This document shows positions 21,194 to 31,395 of a DNA stretch of 64,000 nucleotides, one piece after another (position 1 is the first letter of the stretch; each line of letters starts with the position of its first letter). The notes under the pieces are model-generated. The model was given only the letters and a program-made list of their open reading frames with translations. It was not told the DNA's origin and made no database searches. The position numbers and the translations under genes are program-made. The stretch covers positions 2,912,001-2,976,000 of the forward strand of contig JBKAGP010000001.1 of the NCBI GenBank assembly GCA_046290465.1, read 5' to 3'. This stretch comes from Planctomycetota bacterium (lineage in GTDB: Bacteria; Planctomycetota; UBA1135; UBA2386).

Positions 21194-22511
21194 TTCCTTC
21201 CAGGGACTTACGCGCGACGCGCCCGAAGCTCCCCTTGCCGTGTGCCAGTTTAGTGCCAGGAAGTCCGCGGAGCTGTGAGCGGCTGCCACCACCACCGCCA
21301 CGCGGTAACCGTTCGACCGCGTCTCTCAGATCGTCGCACACGAGGTGCGCGTAGACACGAGCTGTCAGCTCAGGCGAACTGTGGCCCATGAGTTTCTGCA
21401 CCTGGTGCAGGCCAACGCCGGCACGGAGCAGTCGCGTTCCGTAAGTGTGCCGCAGGGCATGGATGTCGAGCTTCTGGCCCGACGCGTCGATCTTCTCGAG
21501 CTCGGCGCGGTCGAGCAGCCGGTCGAAGATGCGCATCGCGTTCCGGCTTTGCTTGCCCCATGGCTCGCCCCGCGGGGTCAGGAAGATTCGATCGCCGTCC
21601 CCGGGCACGTCGCCGAGTAGCTCGGTCTGGAGTTCTCGCAGCGCGACGAGCTCCTGGACCAGCTCTTTGCGGATGGGGTTGGTTTGTTCGCGACCTGACT
21701 TTGCCGTCTCTGCGCGCAGCCGAAGCGTCGCGCTTTCCTCGTCGAGGTCCTGCCAGACGGTCTGGCTGAGGGCTCCCCAACGGGCGCCGGTCTCCACGAG
21801 CGCGAGCCAGAGAGGGTACTGCGGCACCCGATGCGAGCGCTCGCGGCCGGCGTAGCGACTCCCCTTCGTGCCGTTCTTGATCGTGCGTTCGGCCGCCACG
21901 TGGCGCGCCTGCTCGGCGTCGTCCTCGATCGCGGCCGTGAGGAATCGTTCGATCTCTGCTTCCGTGAGGGCACGCCGACGGTAGCGCTGGTGCTTCTGCC
22001 CCTGCGGCAGTCGCTTGAGCTTCGCCAGCGGGTTCGATGCGATGACGTCGCAGTCGACCGCCCACCGCAGCATCCCCTGGACGGCCGCCACGTCGAGGTT
22101 CGCGGTCCGGTTGGACGCACCGTCTTCGATGCGCCGGCGACGCCACTCGAGCAGGTCGCTCGTCTGCAACTCCGAGACACGCCTGGCGCGCAGTCCCCCG
22201 AGCACGCGCTTCAGTCGGCCTTTCAGGTTGCTCAGGTGCCCGGCACTGACCCTCTGCTCGAGATCGGATTCGTAGAGTCCCCGAACCTCTTCGAGCAGGC
22301 GGTCGTGGGACTCCTCGCGACCAAGCCCGGCGAGCTCGAGGTCCCGCCGACGGATGATGTCTCCGAGTTGACGCTCGGCGACCCGCCGATCCGTCGAAAG
22401 CACCTGGCGGCGCCGCTTACCGCTCGCGTCGCTCCAGTCTCCCACGTAGACCGTGCCACGTTTGTTCCGCCGCCTGACGAGGCGCCCACGTCCGATTGCG
22501 CGGCCTCTCAC
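21144..22511 (-). CDS. int: Tyrosine recombinase/integrase
   Basis: ETGAR, AKSG, HALRH, MGH, VYAH catalytic set; GTG 22511 overlaps the upstream TGA. Confidence 0.93.
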   Translation of the reverse strand: MRGRAIGRGRLVRRRNKRGTVYVGDWSDASGKRRRQVLSTDRRVAERQLGDIIRRRDLELAGLGREESHDRLLEEVRGLYESDLEQRVSAGHLSNLKGRLKRVLGGLRARRVSELQTSDLLEWRRRRIEDGASNRTANLDVAAVQGMLRWAVDCDVIASNPLAKLKRLPQGQKHQRYRRRALTEAEIERFLTAAIEDDAEQARHVAAERTIKNGTKGSRYAGRERSHRVPQYPLWLALVETGARWGALSQTVWQDLDEESATLRLRAETAKSGREQTNPIRKELVQELVALRELQTELLGDVPGDGDRIFLTPRGEPWGKQSRNAMRIFDRLLDRAELEKIDASGQKLDIHALRHTYGTRLLRAGVGLHQVQKLMGHSSPELTARVYAHLVCDDLRDAVERLPRGGGGGSRSQLRGLPGTKLAHGKGSFGRVARKSLEGMERVIGIEPTTFSLGS

Positions 22512-22870
22512 CGGTTCAGCTCCTCGGACATGCCATCCAACCACTCCTCGATCGTGCGTACGCGCCACCGCTTCGAGCCACCGAAGCGAATCGCTGGCGG
22601 CAGGTCGCCGGCCTTCTCCAGTCGACGGACGGTCCGCACGTCGCACTGAAGCAGCTCAGACAGATCGCGTTCGGTGAACATCTTTCGCAGGGTCGGACGT
22701 GTACGCAGTCGCTGCTCGATCTCCTCGAGCTTCTTCTCCAGGGTGTCTTCGAGCTGAGCCATGAGGCTTGCGATCACATCGGAGTGTCGCGCGCCGGCAT
22801 CACCATCAGGCACGGATGGGAGAAGGCGATCGCCCTCATCACGCATCGAATCTGGAGAGAGTTCACCCAA
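22508..22870 (-). CDS. AlpA/excisionase-like HTH protein
   Basis: FTERDLSELLQCDVRTVRRLEKAGDLPPAIRFGGSKRW; directly upstream of int. Confidence 0.8.
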   Translation of the reverse strand: MGELSPDSMRDEGDRLLPSVPDGDAGARHSDVIASLMAQLEDTLEKKLEEIEQRLRTRPTLRKMFTERDLSELLQCDVRTVRRLEKAGDLPPAIRFGGSKRWRVRTIEEWLDGMSEELNR

Positions 22871-22871
22871 T

Positions 22872-24290
22872 CTACCAACCTCGCTTCTTCTTCGGAACAG
22901 ACCCTTGGATGGCCGCCCTCAACACCCCCCTTCGCTGTTCCATCGTCTGGACGGGAGTTCGATTACTGACGTAGTAGGGACCACGATTCTCGCTTTGCCT
23001 GCGTTTGATCCTCCGTGCCCGTTGCGAGGCCTCCATCGCACGGACTCGCCGATGGGCCTCCTTCAACGTCGCGGAGGCGAGCCCACCAACCAATCGTTGA
23101 CACGTGATGAAGTGCTCGAGTTCCTCGATGTCCTTCTCGTAGGCCTCATAGAACCTCGCGAGCAGCTTTGCCGTAGATGCAGGAACCTCCCCGCCTAGAC
23201 AGTCCTCTTCAATCCGGTCGAGGTCCGCGCCGCGCCCTTCATCAACCTTCCGGACGAAGTTGCTTGGATTCGCCCTCGATCTCGTGACGACCTTCCATGC
23301 CTTCATGAACTCCTGGTCGCCCGTTTGCCGGACATAGTGCAGGACCACTTCGCGAATCGCATCACACCCGATCACGGGGGGCGTCATCCTCGCCAATTCC
23401 CCCGGAGCGATGAACGTGTATCCGTTCAGCCTCGGGCTGACGAGCTTCAGCATGCCCTTCCGGCCAACCGGTTCTCCCGAGGCGTCGCGAGACTCCGAGT
23501 CACTCGTTCCATCCGTGAAGATCTCGACGGTGAAGCTGCGCCCGGTGCTCTCGTGATTCCGTGCCGTTCTCTCGGCTCCCGAGCGCATTGCGCGCTCGAT
23601 GCGCTCGGCTTCGGTGATGCTCGGCCCCTCGTCTTGCCGCGGGCGCAGACTCGAAGCATCGAGCAACCCCAACTCGAAGAGAACAGCTGGATGCTCGACA
23701 AAGTCACGCAAGGAGCTGAGGCGCGCCACCTCCGCCTTCCGCTTCGAGAGTCGCTGACGGGCAGCTCGGACATGTTCGATCCACGCGCGCACGGAATCCA
23801 AACCGGCCTTGTCGCGCACCACGCCCACGTCGCCGCTGAGAAGACGTTCGAGGAACGACCTATCACGCGCCTCGAATCGCCGCAGCAGCGGATCGATCTC
23901 GCCTCCCTCCACTGGCTTGGGATCCGGCGCGGGTGTCGGCGCCGGCGTAGGGTCATCAACCTGACCGCGCTCTTGGCCGCCCGCATTCGGCAGTTCCGGA
24001 TCGCCATTCAGAGCGCGAACCACAAGGAAAACGATGGCGAGAGCCGCGACCACGATCACAGCGGTCTTCGCCCGGAACGCAACATTGGTAGCCATACCCC
24101 ACAGAATGCCGTTCGCAACCACTTCCAGGAAGGGCGTGCATCCGAACACACACCCGTAGATGAACACCGAAGCGGCGACGAGCAGCGACGACACCATGCG
24201 CCGCCGCTCGTCCACGCCCCACACCGGCGGCGGAGGCGCTTTCGCGTAGCGCACCTCCGGACGCATCAATCGCTCCTGCAGCAGCGTCAC
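22872..24290 (-). CDS. Hypothetical membrane protein (N-terminal TMs, Pro-rich linker, soluble C-terminus)
   Basis: Hydrophobic segments at aa ~33-93; PTPAPTPAPDP linker; start overlaps the vWA stop. Confidence 0.7.
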   Translation of the reverse strand: MTLLQERLMRPEVRYAKAPPPPVWGVDERRRMVSSLLVAASVFIYGCVFGCTPFLEVVANGILWGMATNVAFRAKTAVIVVAALAIVFLVVRALNGDPELPNAGGQERGQVDDPTPAPTPAPDPKPVEGGEIDPLLRRFEARDRSFLERLLSGDVGVVRDKAGLDSVRAWIEHVRAARQRLSKRKAEVARLSSLRDFVEHPAVLFELGLLDASSLRPRQDEGPSITEAERIERAMRSGAERTARNHESTGRSFTVEIFTDGTSDSESRDASGEPVGRKGMLKLVSPRLNGYTFIAPGELARMTPPVIGCDAIREVVLHYVRQTGDQEFMKAWKVVTRSRANPSNFVRKVDEGRGADLDRIEEDCLGGEVPASTAKLLARFYEAYEKDIEELEHFITCQRLVGGLASATLKEAHRRVRAMEASQRARRIKRRQSENRGPYYVSNRTPVQTMEQRRGVLRAAIQGSVPKKKRGW

Positions 24291-25126
24291 GACTGCTCCT
24301 TCCCTCTGAACGCCTCGAGCAAGGCGACCGCGGACTGGTCGGAGATCTGGCCATCGCTGCGTTTCCTCTCGAGGAGCGCCACCGCAGAGCCTCCCAGCGA
24401 CTCCGCCACCGCCGCCTCGACGGCGGCGATCAGACCATCGCCCTCCTCCACGTTCTGGAAGTCGACGAACCGCCCACCGGTCTTGCTCGCGATGTCACGG
24501 TATTGCTTCTCCGCCGGAGCATCCCTCCCACACCGAACCATGAAGCAGCGAATCTTGGCCCCACTCAAACAAGCGAGGATGCGTTCATGAGTCATGCCGA
24601 ACTCGCAGAGATCGATAGAGTCGTGGTCTCCTGCGAACTCGGGAACGAACTCCTGCGCGTATCCGTGGGACGCATGGTCGCCGACGCAGACCAACACGCG
24701 ATTCCGCGCCACCCAGGGCAGTTGGCTGGCGAAGAGCAGACCGGCACCAAGGGCCTCAACCGAAGTGTCGTTGCCCTCGGTGAATCCCGCACCGTCGACG
24801 AACTTCCGCAGCTGGTCAACTCGGCTCGCCCCGATGAACTCGCCACGTGTGGGACCGCCATCACCGAAGAAGGCGAACGGCGTCTGGCACGTGTGGTCTC
24901 GGTAGAAGCCGAAGGTCATCCGCAGATGTTGGTGACGAGCTACCAGGCGTCGCAGAAGCTCCATCGAACGCGTCTTCACCGCATCGATGAAGGGCTCCAT
25001 CGATGCCGTAGCGTCCGCAAGGACCGCCACGTCGACCCCGCTCTCAACTCGGAGCGCGCGTGACTGCGAGAGAAGGGAACTGCTGGTCAACGCACGCCTC
25101 GTTGATCGGATCGTCGGGAACTTCAT
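24287..25126 (-). CDS. von Willebrand factor A (vWA) domain protein
   Basis: MIDAS-like DATASM, FYRDH, VCVGD, IASKTGGRF; ATGA overlap at 25123-25126. Confidence 0.85.
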   Translation of the reverse strand: MKFPTIRSTRRALTSSSLLSQSRALRVESGVDVAVLADATASMEPFIDAVKTRSMELLRRLVARHQHLRMTFGFYRDHTCQTPFAFFGDGGPTRGEFIGASRVDQLRKFVDGAGFTEGNDTSVEALGAGLLFASQLPWVARNRVLVCVGDHASHGYAQEFVPEFAGDHDSIDLCEFGMTHERILACLSGAKIRCFMVRCGRDAPAEKQYRDIASKTGGRFVDFQNVEEGDGLIAAVEAAVAESLGGSAVALLERKRSDGQISDQSAVALLEAFRGKEQS

Positions 25127-25959
25127 GATCGCGCTCCTTCTTGCCCCTGAAGAGCCTCCCACTGCGAGTTGACGTAGAGGAAGATCGCATCGAAGGCGTC
25201 GTTCAACCACGCCAGGTCAAAGGACGGACGGGTGTCGCTGTGGAACTGCTTCACCAGATCCCGCCAGACCTTCCTGGACTCACCCTGCCCTGCCTCCGAG
25301 CCAAAGGTCTCCCCCGGGTCCTCCGGTAGCGCAACCCTGAGCACCGGGCCTCCGTCTTCCATCCCAAGAGTCGCCAGGGAGCCATCCAGCGACTGCAGAA
25401 GGCGAGACACCCGCTCGTCCCACTGCTCACACCGAGCGAGGAAGGCCTCGTATCGCTCGCCAACAGGGAAGAAGCTGTGCTCAAGGAACTCGAGGAAGTC
25501 CCCACGGGCGGCCTCGATGTCACGTCGGGAATCACGCAGATCCTCGACGAACTTCAGATCGGCACCGGCCTCCGCAAGACGCAGCCGCTCGCGCAGGTCA
25601 TTCAGCTCTCGGTGCAGCTCGGCGTTACGAGTGCGTTCCGCTCTCAGATCCTGCTCGATCTTCTGCTTATCCACGACAGCATCGAGCGCTCTCCCATCCG
25701 CCACGAACGCCTGGTGCTCCAGGCCCTGCATTCGCTCGCGGCTCTCGTTGGCCCGCCTCTCCAGGTCGATGACCCAGAAGGCCAGGATGGACAATGCGCC
25801 AACGACCAACGACGCCATCGCGGCCGGCACGACCCCAGCCCCCTCGGACGCCATGACCGCGACGCCGAGGCTTGCGCAGGCTCCCAGACCGAAGAGCCCC
25901 ACCGCCCCGATGACCCGGGACCTCAAGCCATCTGGCCACGCTACGCGGAACCTCACCAT
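25123..25959 (-). CDS. 2TM-coiled-coil protein with C-terminal J-domain-like segment
   Basis: Two N-terminal TMs, long heptad region, C-terminal RKVWRDLVKQFHSD...FLYVNSQWEAL. Confidence 0.65.
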   Translation of the reverse strand: MVRFRVAWPDGLRSRVIGAVGLFGLGACASLGVAVMASEGAGVVPAAMASLVVGALSILAFWVIDLERRANESRERMQGLEHQAFVADGRALDAVVDKQKIEQDLRAERTRNAELHRELNDLRERLRLAEAGADLKFVEDLRDSRRDIEAARGDFLEFLEHSFFPVGERYEAFLARCEQWDERVSRLLQSLDGSLATLGMEDGGPVLRVALPEDPGETFGSEAGQGESRKVWRDLVKQFHSDTRPSFDLAWLNDAFDAIFLYVNSQWEALQGQEGARS

Positions 25960-27461
25960 GGCAGACGAACGCCTCCATCGCGCATCTTCTTCTCGCCGCC
26001 GCTCGACGGCGGCGGGATCTTGAGGCGCGCATAGTCCGCCGCACCCCAGGTGTAGCCGATGTCTTCCTTCGTCAGCTTGCGTCTACGACGCACGTTCTCG
26101 TTGGGCGGCTGCTCGCCCAACATCTGCTTGATGAACTTGCCATCGACCTTCTTGCGCCACGCCCCAACCATCGGAGCACGCGCGACGACCTCGTAACCGT
26201 TCCCAAGGGAGGCCTGCGGGAAGTCCTGAAACTCGTAGGGGTAGACGTTGTGATCCTCGCGCAACTCGTGACCGATCGTTGTGCTCCGGCCTTGCGGCGA
26301 CTTCGTGTCGGTTCGCTTCTCCTGCCAGAACACGTGCTTTCCGAAGAAGCCCGACAGCCACTCAGCCGCATCAGGTGACGCAAGCCGTCCAACGCAGAGG
26401 TTGCCGATCTGCCCGACTGCCTCGCTGGCCTGCTCTCGTCCGCCGAAACGGGCGATCAGGCCGCCTGGGTCCTGAATCGTCGCCGCTGTCCGAACGCCCT
26501 TGATGCGCCCAAGGAGAAGCGCCTCTCGGTAGGAGGCGAGAATCGACTCCGGCGTCTCGTCGACGAAGAGGAACGTCTCATCGACGGGGTAGTTCTCAGC
26601 CCGATCGCGCAGCCGAGCGACGAGAAGACGGAACACAAACGAATTCCACGCCTCGATCGTCTTGGAGTTCCTTGACGATCCCCTGAGGACGATCACCCCT
26701 CCCGAGTTCAGCCATCCATCCACCGTGATGTAGTGCTCTGCCCGCCGCTCGAGCAAACTAGCGAGACGCCATGGCCCCAGCTTGACGTTCAGTGTCTGCA
26801 GCATGTTCTGACTCGCCTCTACGCCCTTCCTCAGATACTCGCGAAGCAGGCTCTTGCCGCGAGGGTGCAGCTGGAGGACGTGCCGCAGGAGGGACTCATC
26901 CCCACACGCGATAAGAAGGTCGTAGAGAAACCAATCGCCTCCGCGCAGCTGTAGCGTGTGCACGATTGCTTCGAGCAGCTGTTGAGCTGCTGGGGTGAAG
27001 AAGTCATGCGACTTCTTCGAGTCCTCGATCATCATGTGGGCGAGCTCCTGACCGTCTTCCGGCGTCACGCAGCTCTTGCCCAGATGCAGAGCGATTCCGC
27101 TCTCGCTGTAGGCATGAAGGTCGATCAGGTACTCAGGCGGGCACCACCCAAGCACGCTCGGCATTAGGTCCTCGCCCTTCGCGTCGAAGATTACGATGCG
27201 ACAGCGAGGACGCACCCGACCATCCCACGGCCTCGCACCCAGCACGTTCCGAAGCAACATCCGTAGCTCCAGCGTCTTCCCCGAACCGGTCTGGCCGAAG
27301 TACATGAAGTTCGGAGCCAGACAACCATCCGGAAGGATGTTCCCCGCAAAAGGGTAGGCCGCCGACAGGCGTAGACGTTTTAGTGCCTCCGGACAGGTCC
27401 GAGCCATCTGCGACAACGAAAGCAGTTCCCCGCTCTCAATAGGATGCGGAGTCGGGGTCAT
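25953..27461 (-). CDS. Type IV coupling protein (TraD/TrwB-like ATPase)
   Basis: Walker A GQTGSGKT, IFDAKGE, Walker B LFVDE, AAEWLSGFFG; next to the relaxase. Confidence 0.85.
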   Translation of the reverse strand: MTPTPHPIESGELLSLSQMARTCPEALKRLRLSAAYPFAGNILPDGCLAPNFMYFGQTGSGKTLELRMLLRNVLGARPWDGRVRPRCRIVIFDAKGEDLMPSVLGWCPPEYLIDLHAYSESGIALHLGKSCVTPEDGQELAHMMIEDSKKSHDFFTPAAQQLLEAIVHTLQLRGGDWFLYDLLIACGDESLLRHVLQLHPRGKSLLREYLRKGVEASQNMLQTLNVKLGPWRLASLLERRAEHYITVDGWLNSGGVIVLRGSSRNSKTIEAWNSFVFRLLVARLRDRAENYPVDETFLFVDETPESILASYREALLLGRIKGVRTAATIQDPGGLIARFGGREQASEAVGQIGNLCVGRLASPDAAEWLSGFFGKHVFWQEKRTDTKSPQGRSTTIGHELREDHNVYPYEFQDFPQASLGNGYEVVARAPMVGAWRKKVDGKFIKQMLGEQPPNENVRRRRKLTKEDIGYTWGAADYARLKIPPPSSGGEKKMRDGGVRLPW

Positions 27462-28105
27462 GAATCATCCTCCTCGCCCCGGAAGCTCCGGATGTGTTCA
27501 TCGCAAGCGGCGCGAGCAACCTCTTCAACCTGCGACGCTCCAAGACATCGGTATCCCGCGTAGAGCGGGGTCACCTCTTCCGCTGTGACGGCGAACTGGG
27601 CGTAGAAGCTGGCCAAGAGCAGCGGCAACGTGACGGCCAGTGCGAGACCATGCGTCGACCAGTAGCCATCTCTGATGTCTCGCAGGTCGGCATCGACCAG
27701 CAGGAACGTCACCGCCACGGCCAGGGCGTAGCCGACCAGCACACGAACGAAGGGGCGAAGGTGGTGCCACAACCTCCGTCGAAGGTCGATCTCTCGCCCG
27801 TCTCGCGCACAAAGCGTCCCGTGAAGCAACGGCGGCAACGCGCCGAGGATCAGGAGGATCTCCGGCCAGTAGTAGAGGACCGTTCCTGCTCGCCCTGCCC
27901 CGCTGACGATCCCCAGCCTCCCCCATGACAGGCACGACCAAGTCACCAACCAGGCCGGGAACAGGACCACCGCACACTCGGCGAACAAGCGGACGCCCGT
28001 CCCCACCGTGTCTGGCAGCACAACGCCGCAGGGGCTCGGGTCCCGCCTCGCGATGCGGTCCAGCCTCATGCTGATGAGCTCGTAGGCCAACGGGTGCGCA
28101 TCCAT
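27458..28105 (-). CDS. Hypothetical membrane protein (~4 TM)
   Basis: Hydrophobic segments; start and stop overlap both neighbours. Confidence 0.65.
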   Translation of the reverse strand: MDAHPLAYELISMRLDRIARRDPSPCGVVLPDTVGTGVRLFAECAVVLFPAWLVTWSCLSWGRLGIVSGAGRAGTVLYYWPEILLILGALPPLLHGTLCARDGREIDLRRRLWHHLRPFVRVLVGYALAVAVTFLLVDADLRDIRDGYWSTHGLALAVTLPLLLASFYAQFAVTAEEVTPLYAGYRCLGASQVEEVARAACDEHIRSFRGEEDDS

Positions 28106-30786
28106 CACAGCCTCACCCCCAATCCCGGCGACTGGGACTGACGCCACGCCTGATCTTCCAGCTGCAGCTGGTCCTGGATCGTCGTCGCAAGCTCCTCCCT
28201 CCGACTACGCTGCATGCTGCGGGACAACTCGGCGAGCCCCTCTCCAACCGCGATCTCGTGCGTGTAGACATGGAGGTCGTGCGCCTGCCTGGTCAGCGCC
28301 ACGTAGCTGAGTTCTGCGTCCAGATTCCCCGGATCGGCTAGCACGAGTGCTCGATCCACGGTCTTGCCCTGGACACGGTGGATCGTTGCCGCGAATCCTA
28401 GCTCGACGTGCGGATACACGCGCAGATCGACGTCGGCAAACAGTTCGGCCCCGTTGCGCCCCTCTCGATCAAGACGCACGCGCAGATGACGACCGCTCGC
28501 AGCAACGACCTCTCCGAAGTCTCCGTTCACTACGCCACCGGGCTTCTTTGCCCACAAGCGCCCCCGCCCACCGAACGCAGTGACGTCAACTCGGAACGAG
28601 TTGCGGCGCAGCACGACGCGGTCACCGAGGTGGAAGCACAACGGAGAAGCTCCAGCGCCCCGATACAGCTTGGTGCCGCGCTCACCGAGTTCCACGGGCG
28701 CACCGACCCGCTCGCCACGCTCGATTCGGGCCTTCTGCACCTGCTCGTTCAGCCGAGTAACTTGCGAGCGCGTCGATGCGATGATCAGCGTGTCTCGCCT
28801 CTGACCGGCCCCATAGGACATGTAGCGATCGACACAGGCGTTGATCGGACTCTCCTCCCCACCGCAGACGTGGAGTCTGTCGTGTTCTGCGAGCAGGCGA
28901 AGCGCCTCGTCGGCCTCGCGACTGCGGACGTGACCGCTGAGAGCCTGCATCCACGGTTGCTCCCGCTGCCTCCAGTTCTTCTTGAGCTCGATGTGGCCGA
29001 CCAGATCCGCGAGCCTTGAGAACAGAGAGGCGCCTGAAAGCACAGGACCAAGCTGGCGCTCGTCACCACACAGGATGACCTTCGCCCCCGCTTGCTTGGC
29101 CCTATCGATCACCTTGGCCAGCTTGCGGAATCCCACCATCGCAGCCTCATCGACGACGATGTAGTCGCCCTTCCGAACCTGCATGTGCGACGGGTTCCAG
29201 GTCATACTCCTCGGGTTGACCAAAACCCGCAGGAGCATGCGCACGTGATGGCGCAGCGCTCTTGCCGGCACCGAATGCGACAGGCGCTCGAACCGGTCCA
29301 CGGTGAACGTGCTCTCGATCCGCGCTCCGGCCGCCAGCTCCTCGCGCGCCACACCTGTCGGAGCAAGCCCGATCACGCGTCGCCCCTCCGCATCTGCCGC
29401 CGCCACCAGCGCGGCAAGCAGCCGCGTCTTGCCGGTCCCGGCCGCCCCCTTGAGGACCTTGATAGCGCCCTTCGTCCCAGCGAGGTGCTTCAACGCTACT
29501 CGCTGCTCCCGATCCAGCCCGAGACGCCGAGCCACCTTGTCGAGCTGCTCTTCGCGAACGCGGTGCCCCGCCGCCTTGTGCATTGCCTCGGCATTCGCCA
29601 GGGCGTCCACCTCCACCCCGTAGTTCTCGCGAGTGGTGTAGAGCACGCTGCCGCGTCGCTCGCCCAGCCTGTGAACCCGCTCATCGTTCTGCAACACGTG
29701 ATCCACCGCCCGTACGACATCGCCGATCCGCGCATGACCACCTCGGCATGCATATGCGGCGACCCTCTGAACGTCGGTCTCGCGGAAGGAGGAATGTTGC
29801 GCGGCGACCTGACCGACCGCCCGGCTGGCAGCTCGCCGCGCATTTGTCCGGCTGCGGTCCAGGTTTCCCTTCGCCCGCCATCCGAACAGCCTGCTGATGC
29901 TCTGCTTCGTCACGCCATACCGCGACGCTGTCGCCCGCCACTCGCCGACCAGATCGTCGAAGGAACGCTCGATCTTGCTCGGCCGGATCCGTAGCTGGAT
30001 CGCCTCGCGGGCCTTCGCCGACTCGTATCCCAACTGCCCCGCCTTCTGCAGGAGCTTCGCCCGCGCCTTCGAGAACTCCTTGAGGACCTCTTCTGGAATC
30101 CCGCAGAGCTCGAAACCGTCTTTCGTCTTGCGGACCGCGAGCCCTTCGGCCCGGAGCCGCGAGGCCAACTCGGACGTCGCCATCGCGCCCAAAGCCATCT
30201 TCGCCTCGTATAGCGAACGGCTCTGCAAGGAACCCCAGGTACCGTCCTGTCTCAGGCCGGCATTGAAGATCACAACGTGGCAATGCAGCTGCGGATCCCC
30301 GTGGCGAGACTCGATGTGCCAGAACTTCACGACCACGAGTCCGGCAACCTGTTCGGAGCGCATCCCACCCTTTCCTCTCCGCGCCTTCACCACGTGGTCT
30401 TCGATGTGTCGGACCAGTGAGTCAACCGTCTCGTTCACCGCCCCCTGCACAGTTCGGCGCACGTCGTCGCTACCGAGCAGAGCAACGACGCTGACGCTCT
30501 TCGGGACGCTGATGGTCATGTCCCAAGCCGCATCACTGTCGTCCCCGTAGTTCTGACGCAACTGCTCGGCTTGAGGGCCAATCGCCCTACTCATGTCCGA
30601 GAACCTCTGCAACGTGACCTTCTCACCAAGCAGATCCAGTTCGTCTGCCCCCACACCCCCAAAGACGGGGACCGCACCGTCCTGCAGCAGGTAGCGCAGA
30701 AAGCGAAGTTCGTCACCTTCGCGCTCGATGTCCTGCCTGTGGTAGGACACGAGGTTGCCGGATCCCGATGACATGGAGACGAGCAT
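28105..30786 (-). CDS. MOBF (TrwC/TraI-like) relaxase fused to RecD-like helicase
   Basis: DMTISVPKSVS, HIESRHGDPQLHCH (HUH motif), FSKAR; helicase GAAGTGKT, VDEAAM, GDERQL, TIHRVQGKT, YVALTR. Confidence 0.93.
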   Translation of the reverse strand: MLVSMSSGSGNLVSYHRQDIEREGDELRFLRYLLQDGAVPVFGGVGADELDLLGEKVTLQRFSDMSRAIGPQAEQLRQNYGDDSDAAWDMTISVPKSVSVVALLGSDDVRRTVQGAVNETVDSLVRHIEDHVVKARRGKGGMRSEQVAGLVVVKFWHIESRHGDPQLHCHVVIFNAGLRQDGTWGSLQSRSLYEAKMALGAMATSELASRLRAEGLAVRKTKDGFELCGIPEEVLKEFSKARAKLLQKAGQLGYESAKAREAIQLRIRPSKIERSFDDLVGEWRATASRYGVTKQSISRLFGWRAKGNLDRSRTNARRAASRAVGQVAAQHSSFRETDVQRVAAYACRGGHARIGDVVRAVDHVLQNDERVHRLGERRGSVLYTTRENYGVEVDALANAEAMHKAAGHRVREEQLDKVARRLGLDREQRVALKHLAGTKGAIKVLKGAAGTGKTRLLAALVAAADAEGRRVIGLAPTGVAREELAAGARIESTFTVDRFERLSHSVPARALRHHVRMLLRVLVNPRSMTWNPSHMQVRKGDYIVVDEAAMVGFRKLAKVIDRAKQAGAKVILCGDERQLGPVLSGASLFSRLADLVGHIELKKNWRQREQPWMQALSGHVRSREADEALRLLAEHDRLHVCGGEESPINACVDRYMSYGAGQRRDTLIIASTRSQVTRLNEQVQKARIERGERVGAPVELGERGTKLYRGAGASPLCFHLGDRVVLRRNSFRVDVTAFGGRGRLWAKKPGGVVNGDFGEVVAASGRHLRVRLDREGRNGAELFADVDLRVYPHVELGFAATIHRVQGKTVDRALVLADPGNLDAELSYVALTRQAHDLHVYTHEIAVGEGLAELSRSMQRSRREELATTIQDQLQLEDQAWRQSQSPGLGVRL

Positions 30787-30798
30787 CTGCTGCGTGGT

Positions 30799-31032
30799 CT
30801 AGTTGGCGCTGAGGTGGAAAGCGGAACTGCGACGCAGGCGTTGCCCTTCGCACCGGGGCGCTCGGTGCGGCGTCCTCATGGCAGCCCGTTGGATGTAGCC
30901 AACGAGCTCAAGAACCAACTCATCAGCCATGAAGTGCGGTCGCACGAGATGGCCCATCCCGCCCCATCTGCGCAGACCGTCTCCCAGCTCCAGATGGACA
31001 GACGCTGGCTCCTGTGTCCTCGGTGACATCAT
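30799..31032 (-). CDS. Small hypothetical protein
   Basis: Exactly fills the gap between the RHH gene and the relaxase on the same strand; no motif. Confidence 0.35.
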   Translation of the reverse strand: MMSPRTQEPASVHLELGDGLRRWGGMGHLVRPHFMADELVLELVGYIQRAAMRTPHRAPRCEGQRLRRSSAFHLSAN

Positions 31033-31035
31033 CGT

Positions 31036-31395
31036 TCAGCTCCCGTTCATGTCGTGGTTCGGCACCGGCATCACGGGCACCTTCTCCTTCACCCACTTGT
31101 TGACGGCCTTGCGGCCGACGTCGCCGTCCTTAGCGAAGTTCAGCAGAATCGCCTCGCCGAACGCCTTCTGACGCTCGCCCAACACAGCCACTGCGTGCAG
31201 CAGCTGGTTTGCTACGAGGCCTACGCCGCCAGCTGGTGACTCGACCTCCCGGCCTTCCACGCCGATCGCGTCAGCAAGCAAGTCGCGAATCACCTCGGAG
31301 AGCGACTTCCCGGAGCGCTTGGCCCTCAGCATGAGTTCGGCGTACATGTCCGAGTCCAGACGAACGGAGGTCACCTTGCCGCTGAGATTGGTCAT
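31036..31395 (-). CDS. Ribbon-helix-helix protein, probable relaxosome accessory (TrwA/MobC-like)
   Basis: VTSVRLDSDMYAELMLRAKRSGKSLSEVIRDLL; ATGA overlap. Confidence 0.8.
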   Translation of the reverse strand: MTNLSGKVTSVRLDSDMYAELMLRAKRSGKSLSEVIRDLLADAIGVEGREVESPAGGVGLVANQLLHAVAVLGERQKAFGEAILLNFAKDGDVGRKAVNKWVKEKVPVMPVPNHDMNGS

